This document shows, piece after piece, positions 1 through 20,369 of a stretch of DNA of 64,000 nt. This DNA is from Lama guanicoe (taxonomy: Eukaryota), in contig MU053588.1 in the NCBI GenBank assembly GCA_013239625.1, forward strand, positions 1,079,988 to 1,143,987, written 5' to 3'. The stretch's first letter is position 1; each line of letters begins with the position of its first letter. The notes under the pieces were generated by a model. That model saw only the letters and a list, made by a program, of their open reading frames with translations, was not told where the DNA came from and did not search any database. Both the position numbers and the translations under genes were made by a program.

Positions 1-131
1 AGGGAGCCCCCAGACCATTTAGAGATTTCCAGAACCATTAAAAGTCTCCTCCACTCAGCTCCACAGATCTCAGAGGACCTTGACCCAGCAGAACACTGGG
101 ATTCCCTGCTTGGGCTGCCAACACTAACTAA

Positions 132-1995
<1,864 letters not shown>

Positions 1996-2374
1996 GTTAG
2001 TATCTTCATTATTTTGACCAAAAGCTGGCATATGCTGAGAGTTATGAGGGCCTCTACCAGGTGTAGGGTGTGTCCTACTCCAGAGTCACATATACCCAAA
2101 CTTGGGAGAAAGGACACTTACTTGTGCTGGGTGCTCATGTTTGACTATGTGGTCTGGGCCATGTAGGTGGGACACAGGATGTGGATCTGGGGGGATCTTA
2201 AGGAGGATGGATGGCAGGGCAGGGGGATGCTGCTCTTGTTTGTGGGAGGAATCATCCAGCCAGTGTAGGAATGAATCTGGCCTGTGCTGGAGAAGTAGGT
2301 CTGGGGAGTGAGGCTGGGACTTGATTATGGAAGCCTTGCAGGCCACAGTGAAAGACCCAGGCTTTGTCCTGCAG

Positions 2375-2647
2375 GTGATGGGCATCTTTGGCGATGAGGA
2401 TGTGAAACAGATTTTGAAGATGATTGAGCCTGAAGTATTCACTGAGAAAGAAGAGGAAGAGGAGGAGGAGGAGGAAGAAGAGGAGGAAGAGGAGGATGAG
2501 GAGGAGAAGGAGGAGGATGAGGAGGAAGAGGCACAGGAGAAGGAAGATGAGGAAAAAGAGGAAGAGGAGACAGCAGAAGGGGAAAAAGAAGAATACTTGG
2601 AGGAGGGGCTGCTCCAGATGAAGTTGCCAGAGTCTGTGAAGTTACAG
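2375..2647 (+). CDS. RYR1: RYR1 exon 35 (Glu-rich divergent region)
   Basis: ctgcag|...|gtgagc, 273 nt; [12 protein letters not shown]...poly-E...LPESVKLQ. Confidence 0.96.
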
Positions 2648-2985
2648 GTGAGCTGGTTCCTCCTGTTTTCCAGCTTCCATTGCTTTGTGCTGGTAGATAC
2701 AGGGTCTGGTGGGGCTTGAGTCTGGACTTTGTCCCAAGGCAGCGGGGGAGCTGTGGAATGGCATAAAGCAGTGGAGTGCTACTGGCTTTGAATGATTCTT
2801 TCCACGTGGGAGGTGAATTGGAGGGATGAGACCATGGAGGTGGCTGGCTTAAGGATCTAGGCAAGAGGCAATGGTAGCTGGACCAGGGCAGGGCCATGGG
2901 GTGGGGAAAGAAAGCAAGAAAAGTTTCAAGGAAATCCTGATGGTCTCACCGCCATCCCTCCTATTGCACTGCTGTCATCCCACAG

Positions 2986-3186
2986 ATGTGTCACCTGCTG
3001 GAGTATTTCTGTGACCAAGAGCTGCAGCACCGTGTGGAGTCCCTGGCAGCCTTTGCAGAGCGCTATGTGGACAAACTCCAAGCCAACCAGCGGGACCGCT
3101 ATGGCATCCTCATGAAATCCTTCACCATGTCTGCAGCTGAGACTGCCCGACGTACCCGCGAGTTCCGCTCCCCACCCCAGGAGCAG
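2986..3186 (+). CDS. RYR1: RYR1 exon 36
   Basis: cacag|...|gtcctc, 201 nt; [11 protein letters not shown]...RSPPQEQ. Confidence 0.96.
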
Positions 3187-3324
3187 GTCCTCTGACCCCT
3201 GACCCCAGCTGGCCTTACTGTCTAAACCCCAACCTCAACCTCTCCCCCTACTCTGATCACTGATGGCACTCAACCTCCAAACCTGTGCTTGACCTCCGAC
3301 CCTATTGATATACTAATCTCTCTT

Positions 3325-3432
3325 TTTAAAAAATAAATTATTTATTTATTTTTAAGGAGGTACTGGGGATTGAACCCAGGACCTCATGCATGTTAAGCAT
3401 GTGCTCTACCACTAAGCTATATACCCCAGCCC
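3325..3432 (-). mobile_element. tRNA-derived SINE, Vic-1-like (camelid)
   Basis: Reverse complement reads tatagcttagtggtagagcacatgcttaacatgcatgaggtcctgggttcaatccccagtacctcc plus A-rich tail; imperfect TSD ttgatat(a)ctaatct. Confidence 0.8.
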
Positions 3433-3649
3433 CTTGATATCTAATCTTTTACCCTCTTACTTCTTTCTGAGCCAGACTTCTGAGTCATCCCAGGCTGACC
3501 CTGACTCCTTTCAAACCTTTAGTCTCCCAGATATTCTTCACTAACTCATGATCTTAGACAAGGACGCGCAATTGGATCTTTGATCCTTGACCTCATAGTT
3601 TCTGCTCTAAGGTCTCTAACCCTCATTCTAACCTTTGACTTTCCCCTAG

Positions 3650-3761
3650 ATCAACATGCTATTGCAGTTCAAAGATAGTGAGGATGAGGAAGATTGTCCT
3701 CTCCCTGAAGAGATCCGACAGGATTTACTTGAGTTTCATCAAGACCTGATGACACACTGTG
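3650..3761 (+). CDS. RYR1: RYR1 exon 37
   Basis: cctag|...|gtaaga, 112 nt; INMLLQFKD...DLMTHC. Confidence 0.95.
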
Positions 3762-3879
3762 GTAAGAGAGGAGATCAGAGAATCCTCTTTCCAAACTTTC
3801 TCTTGAGACCTCTCTTGAAGTTTCCCTAAGACTTATTGATCTTAAATATCTATAGTATTTGTGCAGCAACTGTTGGTAG

Positions 3880-4100
3880 AATGAATGAATGAATAGACAT
3901 GTTAGTGAACAGATAAATATGAGTGGAAGGATATGTTTATATGGGTATTTGGGTGGATGTATATATGGATGGATGGCTATAGGTGGGATGAGTGTCTGAA
4001 TTGATGGATAGAAGGATGAATGAATAAAGAAATGGGTAAAGAGATGTTGGCTGGCTATAGATGGATGAAAAGAAGGATGGCTGGAGACATGGATGGATGA
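3880..4100. repeat. Degenerate (GGAT/GAAT)n simple repeat
   Basis: tggatggatgg and gaatgaatgaat runs. Confidence 0.75.
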
Positions 4101-4104
4101 CCTC

Positions 4105-4712
4105 TACTGTTTCTTATAAGAAGTCAGCTGATAATCTTACTGAAATTTTCTTATATGTGATGAGTCATTTTTCTCTGGCTGGCTTTCAAAATTCCCCTTT
4201 GCCTTTATATGGTTTAAGTATGATGTATCTAGGTGGGGTGCTCTTTGTATCCTGCTTGAGTTTGTTGAGTTTCTTTGGTGTATAGATTAATATTTTCATC
4301 AAATTTGGGATTTGGGGCCATTATTTTTCTGCCCCTTTCTCATTTTGCCTTCTAGGACTCCCATTATGCATATGTTGATATGCTGGATGGTGTCCCACGG
4401 GTCTTTGAGGTTCTGTTAGCTTTTTTTCATTCTTTTATTTTTCTCTTCTTCAGACTGGATAATCTCTATTGTCCTACCTTCAAATTCATTGATTCTTTCT
4501 CCTTCCAGCTCAGATATGTTGTTGTGCCCCTCTAGTGGTTTTCAAAAAAAATTCACTTATTGTACTTTTCAACTCCAGTTTCTATATGGTTATTTTTTTT
4601 AATATCATCTACCTCTTTATTAATATTCTCTAGTTGATGAGCCATTGTCATCATCCTTTAATACTTTAGACACAGTTTTCTATAGTTCTTTGAAGATACT
4701 TGCAATAGTTGA
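4105..4712 (-). mobile_element. Old L1 fragment (antisense)
   Basis: T-rich sequence with typical antisense L1 phrases (ttcatcaaatttggga, tcagactggataatctctattg); boundaries approximate. Confidence 0.6.
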
Positions 4713-4912
4713 TTTAAAAGACAAATGATTCAAGGAATGAATAAATGAACAAACATATGGAACATATGAAGAAAGAAATGAAAAACCCCATGAATGCACA
4801 TATGAGTGAGAAATGAATGAATGAACCCATGAGTGAATAAAGAAGTAAATTACTGAGCAGATTAATAAGCAAACAGATGAATGACATGCCCTCCCTTCTG
4901 GACCACCTCCAG

Positions 4913-5059
4913 GAATTCAGCTGGAGGGGGAGGAGGAAGAACCAGAGGAAGAAGCCACCCTGGGTGCCCGCCTGATGAGCCTGTTGGAGAAAGTGCGGCT
5001 GGTGAAGAAGAAGGAGGAGAAATCCGAGGAGGAAACACCTGCCGAAGAGCACAAACCCC
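4913..5059 (+). CDS. RYR1: RYR1 exon 38
   Basis: tccag|...|gtgagg, 147 nt; [14 protein letters not shown]...EEHKP. Confidence 0.95.
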
Positions 5060-6452
5060 GTGAGGACTGAGGCCACCAGGGAGGGGGCAGGGGTGGGGCT
5101 GGAAGCACTGTGCTTGGGGAGCCTCTGGGTCCAAGACAGGCCACAAGAAGTAGCACAAAGGAGGGGTAGATGAGTACCAATGAGAGAAGAGAGGTGGAGA
5201 GTGGGGCGAGAGAGGAGACATGCCGGAGGTGTGGTCCAGATATAGGGGCTTCACCATATGTGTGTTGGAATAATGTGGCACATGGAGCAGAGACATACAC
5301 CAACGTTGGGATAGTGGCAACTCCTGCACCACTGTGGCTTCTGTGTCTTTGTGGATTTTCTTTGTTTTTCTTTTATTTCTTGGTGGAATGATTACTATGC
5401 TGAGGGATTAGAGAAGCAGTCATGATAAAAGTAGTTTGGCCAATGGGTCATTATGCAAACTATATATTAGCCTCATGTAACAAGGACAGAGTCCCTGACA
5501 TTAGTACAGGGTTTATCCTATAACATTCAAGAATCTTTTATTGGGCCAACTCTGGGCCAGGCACTGTTGGTAGGGCTGGGGAATATAGTAGGGAGAAGAA
5601 TAAAAGTCTTTGCCCTCAAGGAGTTTAGAATATTACAAAATGTCTGAATATACATATAACATGATGTCAGGTGGCCGTGGGTCATCTAAGAAGAAAGTAA
5701 AACTTAGTGAGAGAAGAGAGAGGGACAAAGATGGAGGGGTTAGAGTTGGGGAATGAGGCATACAAAGATCTGGGGAAAGATGATTGTTACAGAGGGAACA
5801 GCCAGTGCAAAGGCCCGGAGGCAGGAACATGTGAGATGCATTTAGAAGCCAGTGTAGCTGGAGCAGAATGAGCAGGAGGAGAGAGGCAAAATACGAAGTC
5901 CAAAGTGATAAATCCAGATTGTGGAGAGTGGATGTAAGGAAGGTAGGTCATGAATTGACAGCGTCATTCAATGCCAGTGCATAAATGTTTCTTCTAACCC
6001 TGAGACACAGGAGACATCTATCTTCTCTCCCAGAAATCCTGGGAAGAAAAAAGATTGGGACAGAGAGACAGAGAGAGAAATGGATGCTGAATGCAAGAGA
6101 GGATTCACAAGGAGATTACTAGGGAAAATAAAACAGAGTTCATTTTGACATCATTTTCAAATGATACCAAAGTCTTCACAATTTTTCTTTAGGTCTGTTG
6201 TCTCCCTTGTTGAAAAATTGGCAGTATTTTTACAGAACAAATGGGACCGTGACTTGAGCTCATAATAGTGCCCTGGTACTTTGCAGTGATACAAGTTCCT
6301 TTTCCTCTTGAAGCTTTTAGGAGGCCCTTATGGCCTGGAAATAGGGTGAAGTGGACAGGGAGACTCTTAGGGCAATAGAACAAAATCTGCCAGAATCTGC
6401 CTGCTCCTGGCAGGTGGGGTGGGGGCCGTTAGCAACTGAGAAGCCAGCTTGA

Positions 6453-6806
<354 letters not shown>

Positions 6807-7494
6807 TGAGTCCCCGCCCCTCCCCCAACTTTAGGGGAAAGGAGGGGAGCCTTCCGGGCTCCAGCTTGTCCTCCCACCCCCATGTTATCTGGATGCAATA
6901 ATGTCTCCTCCCCCTACTTCTGCCCCAGCCTTGGGGTGGCATCCTCCTCCCAGCAGCTAGCCCATCTCCCTGGGTAATGTCCCCTCCCCTTACCTCTCCA
7001 CCCACCCCGGGGTTAACAGCTTCTACTCACCTATGACTCTTGGCACAAGATTGACTCTCTCTGACCTTCAGTTTCTTCATCTCTAAACTGAGGATGAGCC
7101 TTGCCTACCTCACAGAGTCGGGGTACAGCTTCAGGGACCTCACCACGCATGTAGTGGTAATAATAATAATAATAGTAATAATAATAATAGTCGAGCAGTC
7201 ACTCAGTGTCACATGTGCCTCATTCATTCCTCAGCAAACATCTATTGGGCACCACTGTGTGCCAGGCCTTTTCTAGGCACCTGGGGATCCAACATGCAAG
7301 ATGATAAACATCTCCACCATGCAAGATGATAAACATCTCCACCCTAGGGGAGCCCACCTTGGCTCCCTGACTGGTTTCCTTGTCTGTGGAATGGGAATAA
7401 TTACAGTTCCCGCCTCCCCAGTTGGATGAAAGGATTGAATGAGTCCAGATCTGTACAGGGGACAGTGGCGGGCACAAGAGTGAGAGCTCAGTAA

Positions 7495-7773
<279 letters not shown>

Positions 7774-7783
7774 TGACCACTGA

Positions 7784-7945
<162 letters not shown>

Positions 7946-8288
7946 TGAACCCACTCCTGATAGTCTGTCCAGGATGGCCCCACCCTCTGCTGGCTCATTC
8001 ACTTAGTCATTCAACAAACACTCACTCTCAACCCACCCTGGATCTGGCCCTGGAGTGAGCAGTGCTGGGGATACCCAGACAGCCCTGGGTCTGGTCCTCA
8101 TGGGGTGCACAGTGGAGTAGGGAGGACAAAGCCATCCCACACACTGATGGCCTGGAGTGGTCAGGCCTGGGATGGGAAAGCACAGGCCAGAGGAGACACC
8201 TGACCCAGGCTGGGAAATGGGTGGTCAAAGAGGGCTTCCTGGAGGAGGCAAGGTAGCCAAAGTGAGGTAGTCAGCTCTGCACCTCTGA

Positions 8289-8525
<237 letters not shown>

Positions 8526-8884
8526 TAATTTGCAGGGAAGGAACAGGACCCAGTCACTCATTCCTGGGGCTGAGTGCAAGTCCAGGCCCCACCCTCCCCG
8601 GCCATGTGGCCTAGGCCCTCTGTGCCCCCTGCGGTGAAGGGCATGGGCCCTGGAGTTCAGCAACTAGGGTTCAACTCCCCGTCCCTGCCTTCCCCGCAGC
8701 TCTGCTCCCTTGCTGTGTGGCCTTAGGCAAGGGACTTTAATTCTCCAGGCCTCTATCTCCTCCTCTGTAGAATGAAAATAATAATAGAAACAAATTCATA
8801 TAGTTGTTCTGAGGATTAAATGAGTCAACCCATGGAAGCAATTACAAAGCAGTAAGCACTCTCTAACAGTTACAAGCTAGTACA

Positions 8885-9625
8885 GTATTGTTTATTTAAC
8901 ACATATTTGCTGAGCACCTACCATGTGTCATACCCCTGTCCAAGGCAGCAGGGGTGTGACAATGATTGAGAGTCAAAAATCCTTGTCCTACTGAAGCTGA
9001 CATTCTACTTGGGGGGATAGATAATACAAGAGGAATAATGACAAGATGATAATAATGAGATGAATAAATCAAATATATGGTATATTAGTGATGAATGTTA
9101 AGGAGGCAAAAGCGTGAGTAAGAAAGAGAAATATCGAGAGTCAGTAGGGTGTCTGAGTTTAGACAAGAGGGGTCAGAGAAAGTCTCACTGAGAAAGTGAC
9201 ATTCAGGCAAAGCTCTGAAGGAGGTGGAGGCCATGTGGACATGAGGGGGAAGAACATTCCAGGCAGGGAAAAGGCCAGTGCAGAGGCCCTGAGGCTCGAG
9301 TGAACCTCAAGAGTTTGAGGAACAGTGAAGAGACAAGCGTGGTTGGAGCAGAGGGAGACAGGGGTGAGTGCTAAGAGGTGAGGGTAGGGAGGTGACACGG
9401 GCAGATTGTGTGGAGGATCTTGTGAGTCACAGCGATGGCTCTGGCTTTAACCCCAAGTGAGATGACACCAAGGTGTTTGCAGAGTCCCTCTCGCTGTGTG
9501 TGTGGGATAGACAGGAGGTTGAGGGGAGCAGTGAGCCCAGGGAGGAGGTGGCTGCAATGGTCCAGGTGGGAGATGAGGGTTGTTTGCGGAGGGATCCAGA
9601 AACAATCAGACTGGATCTCCAGGGA
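8885..9625 (-). mobile_element. L2 LINE fragment
   Basis: tgagcacctaccatgtg, gaacattccaggcagggaaaaggccagtgcagaggccctgagg; similar L2 pieces at about 5530-5930, 17450-17870 and 54350-55400. Confidence 0.65.
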
Positions 9626-9640
9626 TGGGCAGGGACTTGA

Positions 9641-11169
<1,529 letters not shown>

Positions 11170-12255
11170 TAGAAAACAGAAGCCACAAAAAACTGAGTTC
11201 TGGGAAAGGGCGGGTGGAAATCTCCAGTACCTCAGGTTAAGAAAAAGAATTCTCAGTGATGGCTTAGCACTATGGAGACACAAAGACCCATGCACAACAA
11301 TGACAATAATAATAACAGAAGGTGACGAGGCCAAGTAAGATGAGGACTGAGAACTCACCATGGGTTTGGTCAAATGGAGGAAGCAGTTTCAGTAAGGTGT
11401 TGGGGCAAAAGCCTCACTGGAGAGGGTTTAAGAGAGCCTGGGAGGTGAGGTATTGGAGACAGTGAGTGTTGACAGTCAATACAAGTTGGTGACAGAGGAG
11501 GCGGAGGAATGGTGATGTACTGGAGGGGTGAACTTGGTCAAGAAAAGTCTCTTCTTAAAATGAGAGAAATGACTATTGGCCATTAACTGGGAAAGAGAAC
11601 CCTGGGTCTTGAATCTATAATCACCAGTTTATCAGAAATACAAGGGGCAGAGGAACAAGTTAGCTGACACCACTGGGAGGCGGCCAGCCGAAGCTAAGAT
11701 GTAGGAAATTCTACTGGATTAATGACTTAGTTTCTTCAGCAAATAAATAGCCTTAAAAGGTGGAGGAAAGGGAGCAGTTACAGGTGTCAGCCAATACAGT
11801 ATGTGGACCTTCCTGGGGCCTGATCCAAACAATCCCAGCTAAATGCAAAACCATTTTTGAGACAATTAGAGAAAGCTGACCATGAATAAGAGATTCCATG
11901 AGGTGTTATAATGGCAACATGGAATGTTAAATGGAAGTAGTGGTCTGAATGGAGATACATGTTTAAGTATCTTTGGATAAAATAGTATTTGGCTGGAGGT
12001 TACATGAATTATTACAGGGAAAAAAGGCGAGGTTAGAGGGGAAATAAGCATGCCGAAGGTGGATATCTGCAGAACAGGCTAATCTGGGTAATTAATTGGC
12101 TCCTGGACTTTTGTGTGTATTTGAAATTTTGCATAGTCCAAAGTAACCAAGGGTAGTAGAGACTGGGAGGAGCAGGTTTGGGGGGAAGATCAGAAGCCAG
12201 GGTCATTTGCCCAGAGTTGTCCTGGGCAGGTGCCTGGAGCTCGCAGAGGGCCTGA

Positions 12256-12775
<520 letters not shown>

Positions 12776-13462
12776 TAATCTGTAGATGTGCGGGCAGTGG
12801 ACCCCATAGAAACCTCTTTAGCATTCTCATTTGCATACTAGGATTCCTAGGACATTCACTTTGCGTCATTGGTGCCTCTAACACTCCCTAATTGCGTTTA
12901 ATTCGCCTAACAGTGAGCTGGCCCCCACCTTAATTAGCACATATTTGCGTGGAGCACACCACTTTTTCTAATTAACATGCTTATTCACTTGCTTGGACCA
13001 CCAGCCTTTCACTATTCAAACGAATGCGTTTATTTGAATAAACAGTACCACAGCTAGCCTGAATATTTGCACACTCTCTCCTATTATTGTTTCATTTGCA
13101 TGCTGGCTTGCATAAGGAGATACCCCTAACCCAGATAGTGTAACTATTTTGCATAATACATCTAAATCAGCCCCTATTTCAAATTTGCATATTGGATGGT
13201 GGAGCCCTCTTTCCAATTACCATATGTTTGCATGGGGTGCTGCCTATGTTTGTATCTGCCTTGTTAATTCACATACACACAGCTCAGTCCATCCATATGC
13301 CAGTTTGCACATGACCCTACCCATGGATTAATATCTAGCATGCTTATTTATGTAAAGCAGCACCAGACAAATCCAGCTCTGATTTAATGCCCATCATGGC
13401 TCTAAATTAGAGTGCCAAATTTACATAAACTGTCCAGGACCACTTCACAATATGCATACTAG

Positions 13463-13957
<495 letters not shown>

Positions 13958-14068
13958 TAGGGTGGTTTGAGAGTCCAGGAGGGTCTAAGGCTTGGATTTC
14001 AGGGAAAGACCATACTTCATGTTTGAGGGATCAGGGAAGAGGGCTGATGATTGGAGCATTGAGTTTGA

Positions 14069-14305
<237 letters not shown>

Positions 14306-14411
14306 TGAGACCTGGAGGCAGGAGTGGGGGTTGGGCCTGGAGGCTGGGAGAAAGTTTCAGAGGTGGCAGGAGGGATTAGCCCCAACATCTGCTGACCCCA
14401 TCTCCCAATAG

Positions 14412-14490
14412 TGTGATCATCCCAGAGAAGCTGGACTCTTTCATTAACAAGTTTGCGGAGTACACACATGAGAAGTGGGCCTTTGACAAG
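14412..14490 (+). CDS. RYR1: RYR1 exon 52
   Basis: aatag|...|gtaagc, 79 nt; [26 protein letters not shown]. Confidence 0.96.
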
Positions 14491-14713
14491 GTAAGCATCA
14501 GGTTCCTCCACTCCCCAGAAATCCCCACCTCTGCCAGCCTTCCTCAAGACTATCTTTCCCCAAGACACAGGTCCTCCCAGATTTCCCTGGGGCCTCTAAC
14601 TCTTCCTGGGACCCATAGCCTCCTCTGGAACCCTCAGCCCCTCCAGGGTTCCTCCTCTGTGTCCCCCAGGCTGCTGTCCACCCCTCATTCTGCTTCTGAT
14701 CCCAGCTCCATAG

Positions 14714-14863
<150 letters not shown>

Positions 14864-15102
14864 TAGGGGTCCAAAATTTGGGGGTTTAGGGAGGAGTGAG
14901 GCCAATTCATGGCCTTGGATCTAGCTGGATCTATGGATTAGGGCTCCCCATTCATGTACTTTGCTTTCCCTCAAACTTGGCTGCCTCCCCTAGACCTCGA
15001 AGTCCTAGTGTCCCTTGTCTTAGAAAGAGTCAGAGACTGGGTTTAATTCCTTGACTATACAGTTTAACTCCTCTGAATCTCAGGTGTAAAATGGGATAAT
15101 GA

Positions 15103-15489
<387 letters not shown>

Positions 15490-15832
15490 TAGAATAAGGG
15501 GCGGGGCCAGGAAAAGGTGGAGCCAGGCAGGAGGCGGGCCTAGAGGGGGAAAAGGGCCAAGGGAAAGAGGTGGGGTCAGGGGAATTGGAGAGGCCAGGAG
15601 CAGGGTGCAGGAGAAGGCTGCGAGGTCTGAGATAGGAGAGGGCCTGGGTCTGAAGAACTGCAAAGGTCTGAAGAACTGCAAAGGGCTGAAGAGAGGAGGG
15701 TGGGTTAGAGACAGGGCCTTAAGGAGAGGGTGCAGAGGAGCAGTGTAGGGCCAGGTAGTGGGGATACATCAAGCTGAGGCCTGGGCTTCCTGCTAGCCCA
15801 TCAAGCCCCCCATCTCTCCCTTGTCCCCCCAG

Positions 15833-15907
15833 ACCTATGATCCGCGAGAAGGCTACAACCCCCAGCCCCCGGATCTCAGCGGAGTTACCCTTTCCAGGGA
15901 GCTGCAG
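15833..15907 (+). CDS. RYR1: RYR1 exon 55
   Basis: cccag|...|gtgaaa, 75 nt; [25 protein letters not shown]. Confidence 0.96.
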
Positions 15908-16006
15908 GTGAAACTTCTGATCTTTTATTTGGGGACATGGTGGTGTCTGTTGAGGGAGGAGGACATCCACTAAATCTGGGCCTTGACCTTTTGCATCCAC
16001 TCCCAG

Positions 16007-16082
16007 GCCATGGCAGAACAACTGGCAGAAAATTACCACAACACATGGGGGCGGAAGAAGAAGCAGGAGCTGGAAGCCAAGG
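16007..16082 (+). CDS. RYR1: RYR1 exon 56
   Basis: cccag|...|gtaagg, 76 nt; [25 protein letters not shown]. Confidence 0.96.
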
Positions 16083-16400
16083 GTAAGGTCCTCCATCCCA
16101 GCCCCGCACAGGTCCCCCTTCTCCGCAGCCCTCTAGCCACTGGCAACGGTCACAAGGGCATGGGTTAGAGTTGTGCAACTTTGAACAATTGCTTTCACCC
16201 CACTGAACTTTGTTTCTGGGTCTGTACGATGGAGATAATCACAGCATTATCACTACTGTAGGGTTTTGGTGAGGATGTGACTAACATCTGAAAGCAATGT
16301 TTTGGTTATTCCTACCTTAGTCTTTATTACTATAATTATACACACCTTCAACTGCAGGAACCACTTCAGTGAGCGGCCTGGGACCCTCCCAGCCCCCTGA

Positions 16401-16625
<225 letters not shown>

Positions 16626-16790
16626 TAGGTAGCAGAGGAGGAGCCAGAGAGGGGAAGATACAAGGGGGCGGGGCCTGGGGAGCGGGGCGGGGCCAGAGAG
16701 AGGAGTTTAAAGCAGACGGGGCCTGGGCCTAGGGAGTCCAGGTAGAACTCCAGAGGGGCCAGAAACCTGGCAGGCCTGCGTCTGGGCTGA

Positions 16791-17015
<225 letters not shown>

Positions 17016-17204
17016 TGATCATTGTGCCAGACGCTGTTCTGGGGTTGAGAACACGATAAAGATAGATAAAGATCCCTCTCCTCCTGCAGCTTACATTCCC
17101 TTGGTGATAATTAACGTCAGAAATAATTAGATCACGTAGTGATCACGGGAAGAAGACATTAGAGCCAGCAAAGGAAGATTGGGAGTGTGGGCCAGTGAAA
17201 TTGT

Positions 17205-17430
17205 TTAAAATTTTTTTGTTGTTATTTGAGCCTGTCCAATGATCCACTTATTTTTATACATATATATTCTTTGTTATTATAGCTTATTACAAGACATTGA
17301 GTGTAGTTCCCTGTGCTATACGTTAGAACCTTGTCGTTTATCTATTTTATACATAGTAGTTTGTATCTGCTAATCCCAAACTCCTAGTTTATCCCTCCAA
17401 AGGGGAAAGGGGAAGAGATAAATTAGGTTA
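17205..17430 (-). mobile_element. Short L1 3' end with an inverted 5' piece
   Basis: ttattacaagacattgagtgtagttccctgtgctata...ctgctaatcccaaactcctag matches the other young L1 3' ends in the window (32880-33950, 53240-53510). Confidence 0.7.
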
Positions 17431-18674
17431 TAATTGTAAATAGAATATTCCAGGTAGACCTTGAGGGAGCTGGGGAGTGAGCTATGTGGTCATCTGGGGA
17501 GAGTATTCCAGGTGGAGGAACAGCCAGTGCAAAGGCTCTGAGCAGTCCCTGGTGTGAGTATTAGGAGGCCTGTGTGGCTGAAGCAGAGTGAGTCAGGGGG
17601 AGAGTGAGAGGAAATGTGGTCAGAAGGGTGAGAGGCAGATCATGGGGGGCTTTGCAGGCCATAGTGAGGACTGTGGCTTTTTACTCTGAGTGTCATGGTG
17701 CCACGGAAAGTTCTAAGCAAGAGAGGGCCCTGATCTGCCTTGTGTTCACACAAGTTGTTCGCAGTCTCCCTCTGGCTTCCTGGGAGAACAGGCTCGGGAG
17801 GGGGACAGGAGAAGAAGAGAGTGAGAACTGGGCAGATTCTGAATCTATTTTGAAGGCTGAGGCTGCTGGGATGCCCCACAGATGCCTCTTATATCTCACT
17901 GAGAATCACAGCTGGGGCTCCTGTAATCCCTTCTAGCTTCCACCAGAGAGTCCCAGCATTCCCCTTGAGGGCCGCCCAGGAACGCCCAAATTCCCTTCCA
18001 GCAAGTGGCACAGCAAGATTCACTCATACATCATACCCCGAATTCCACGCAAGCTGAACCTCCGTGCTGCACATCCTCCTAGCAATTCCCTCTCCTCTCT
18101 GAACCTCAGTTTCCTTATCTGTGAAATGGGGGTTCTATTCACCATAACCAGCCATGGTTCTGTCACTTATCTGCTGGGTGACCTGGAGCGAGCTGTTTCA
18201 CCTTAATTTCCTCATCTGTAAAATGGGAAGGAGGGACCAGCTATATAGGCCTCCAAGTTGGGAGGAGATTGTGCAAGAACATTTCTCACAGTGCCAGGGA
18301 CATAGCAAGTGTTTAGTCAGTGATGCCAGCATTATTATTTTAATAGTATGAATTATTACTATTACTATGTAGATGATGATGTTTGAAACTAATTTCCACT
18401 ACAAAGTTAAATCTAACCTGTCTATATCAACTTCTTGTTTCATTCATTCATTCCATATTTACTTGGTGCCATGTTTAAGTTTAGGAAGAAAAGGACTTGT
18501 GATAGCTGAGGATAAGGATGTTCCATGGCCTTACCCTCTCCAGCCCCCCCCCCCAGTTGCTCTTTCTCCCCATTTGCAGCCTCAGAAAGGGTTTGATCAG
18601 GGATTTGGGGGGGATCAGATGAAAAGCAGGGAGAGATGTTCATCTCAAGGCCAACAGGGGTGACTTCACAATGA

Positions 18675-18878
<204 letters not shown>

Positions 18879-18881
18879 TGA

Positions 18882-19103
<222 letters not shown>

Positions 19104-19198
19104 TAATCCTGGATCCTTTCCTCCCAACCTTGGACCTTAGGGAATCTGTCCTGGGTGCTGGGCACTGACAGTCTACCTGCAGAGGCATTTGAAGGGCC

Positions 19199-19270
19199 AG
19201 GGTGACCAACCATCCTGGTGTGCCCCAGAACACAGGACTTTCAGGCAAACTGGGATGAATTGGTCACGCT
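19199..19270. mobile_element. MER81-like hAT MITE
   Basis: Terminal inverted repeats agggtgaccaa ... ttggtcacgct. Confidence 0.6.
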
Positions 19271-19473
19271 GTCAGAAAGGCAGACCAGCCTCTCCGTCCC
19301 CTAGCATCCCAGTTACTGCCTGTGACCCATAAGCTTGTTCATCTCCCTGCCCCTCCCCACCCCTCTGTCTCCTTCATTTTCTTCCCCATCATCCTACCTC
19401 CTCCTACTCTAATTGTGTCCTCTTGCTGTCCTCGCTCCCTGTTTCCCCTGTCCTTCTGTTCCTCTCTCTCCAG

Positions 19474-19523
19474 CCTCTTCTGCAAGCTTGCTGCTCTTGT
19501 CCGTCACCGAGTCTCTCTCTTTG
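19474..19523 (+). CDS. RYR1: RYR1 exon 61
   Basis: tccag|...|gtaagt, 50 nt; LFCKLAALVRHRVSLF. Confidence 0.95.
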
Positions 19524-19916
19524 GTAAGTAGCTGTGCTCCCCGAGCCCTTCTCCCTAATCTTCCCTCCCTTCACCTCATCATCAACCTCACCCTGAAGAA
19601 GTCTGGCCCAGGTTCATGTCTTCATTTGGACAGCCATCACTGTGTTCTTCCTCTGGACTTGGACATGGAGTGGGTAGTCCTGGGGGCAGGGCAGTGACTG
19701 GGATGGTCCTGGGCTCTGCCCTCATGGAGCTCCCCGATGCATCACTAGACAGTGACGGCCCAGAGGTCAGGGCTGGGATGGGGGAGGGACAGGCGGAGGG
19801 GTCACAGCCAGGATGAGGAAGGACAAGGTCCCAGGGGAGTCCAGCTGGGGCAGAGGTGAGGTTGGACAGAGAGAGAGCAGTTGAGGTGGATGTGTATGGA
19901 GGTATTGTCCTCCTAA

Positions 19917-20057
<141 letters not shown>

Positions 20058-20060
20058 TAG

Positions 20061-20369
<309 letters not shown>

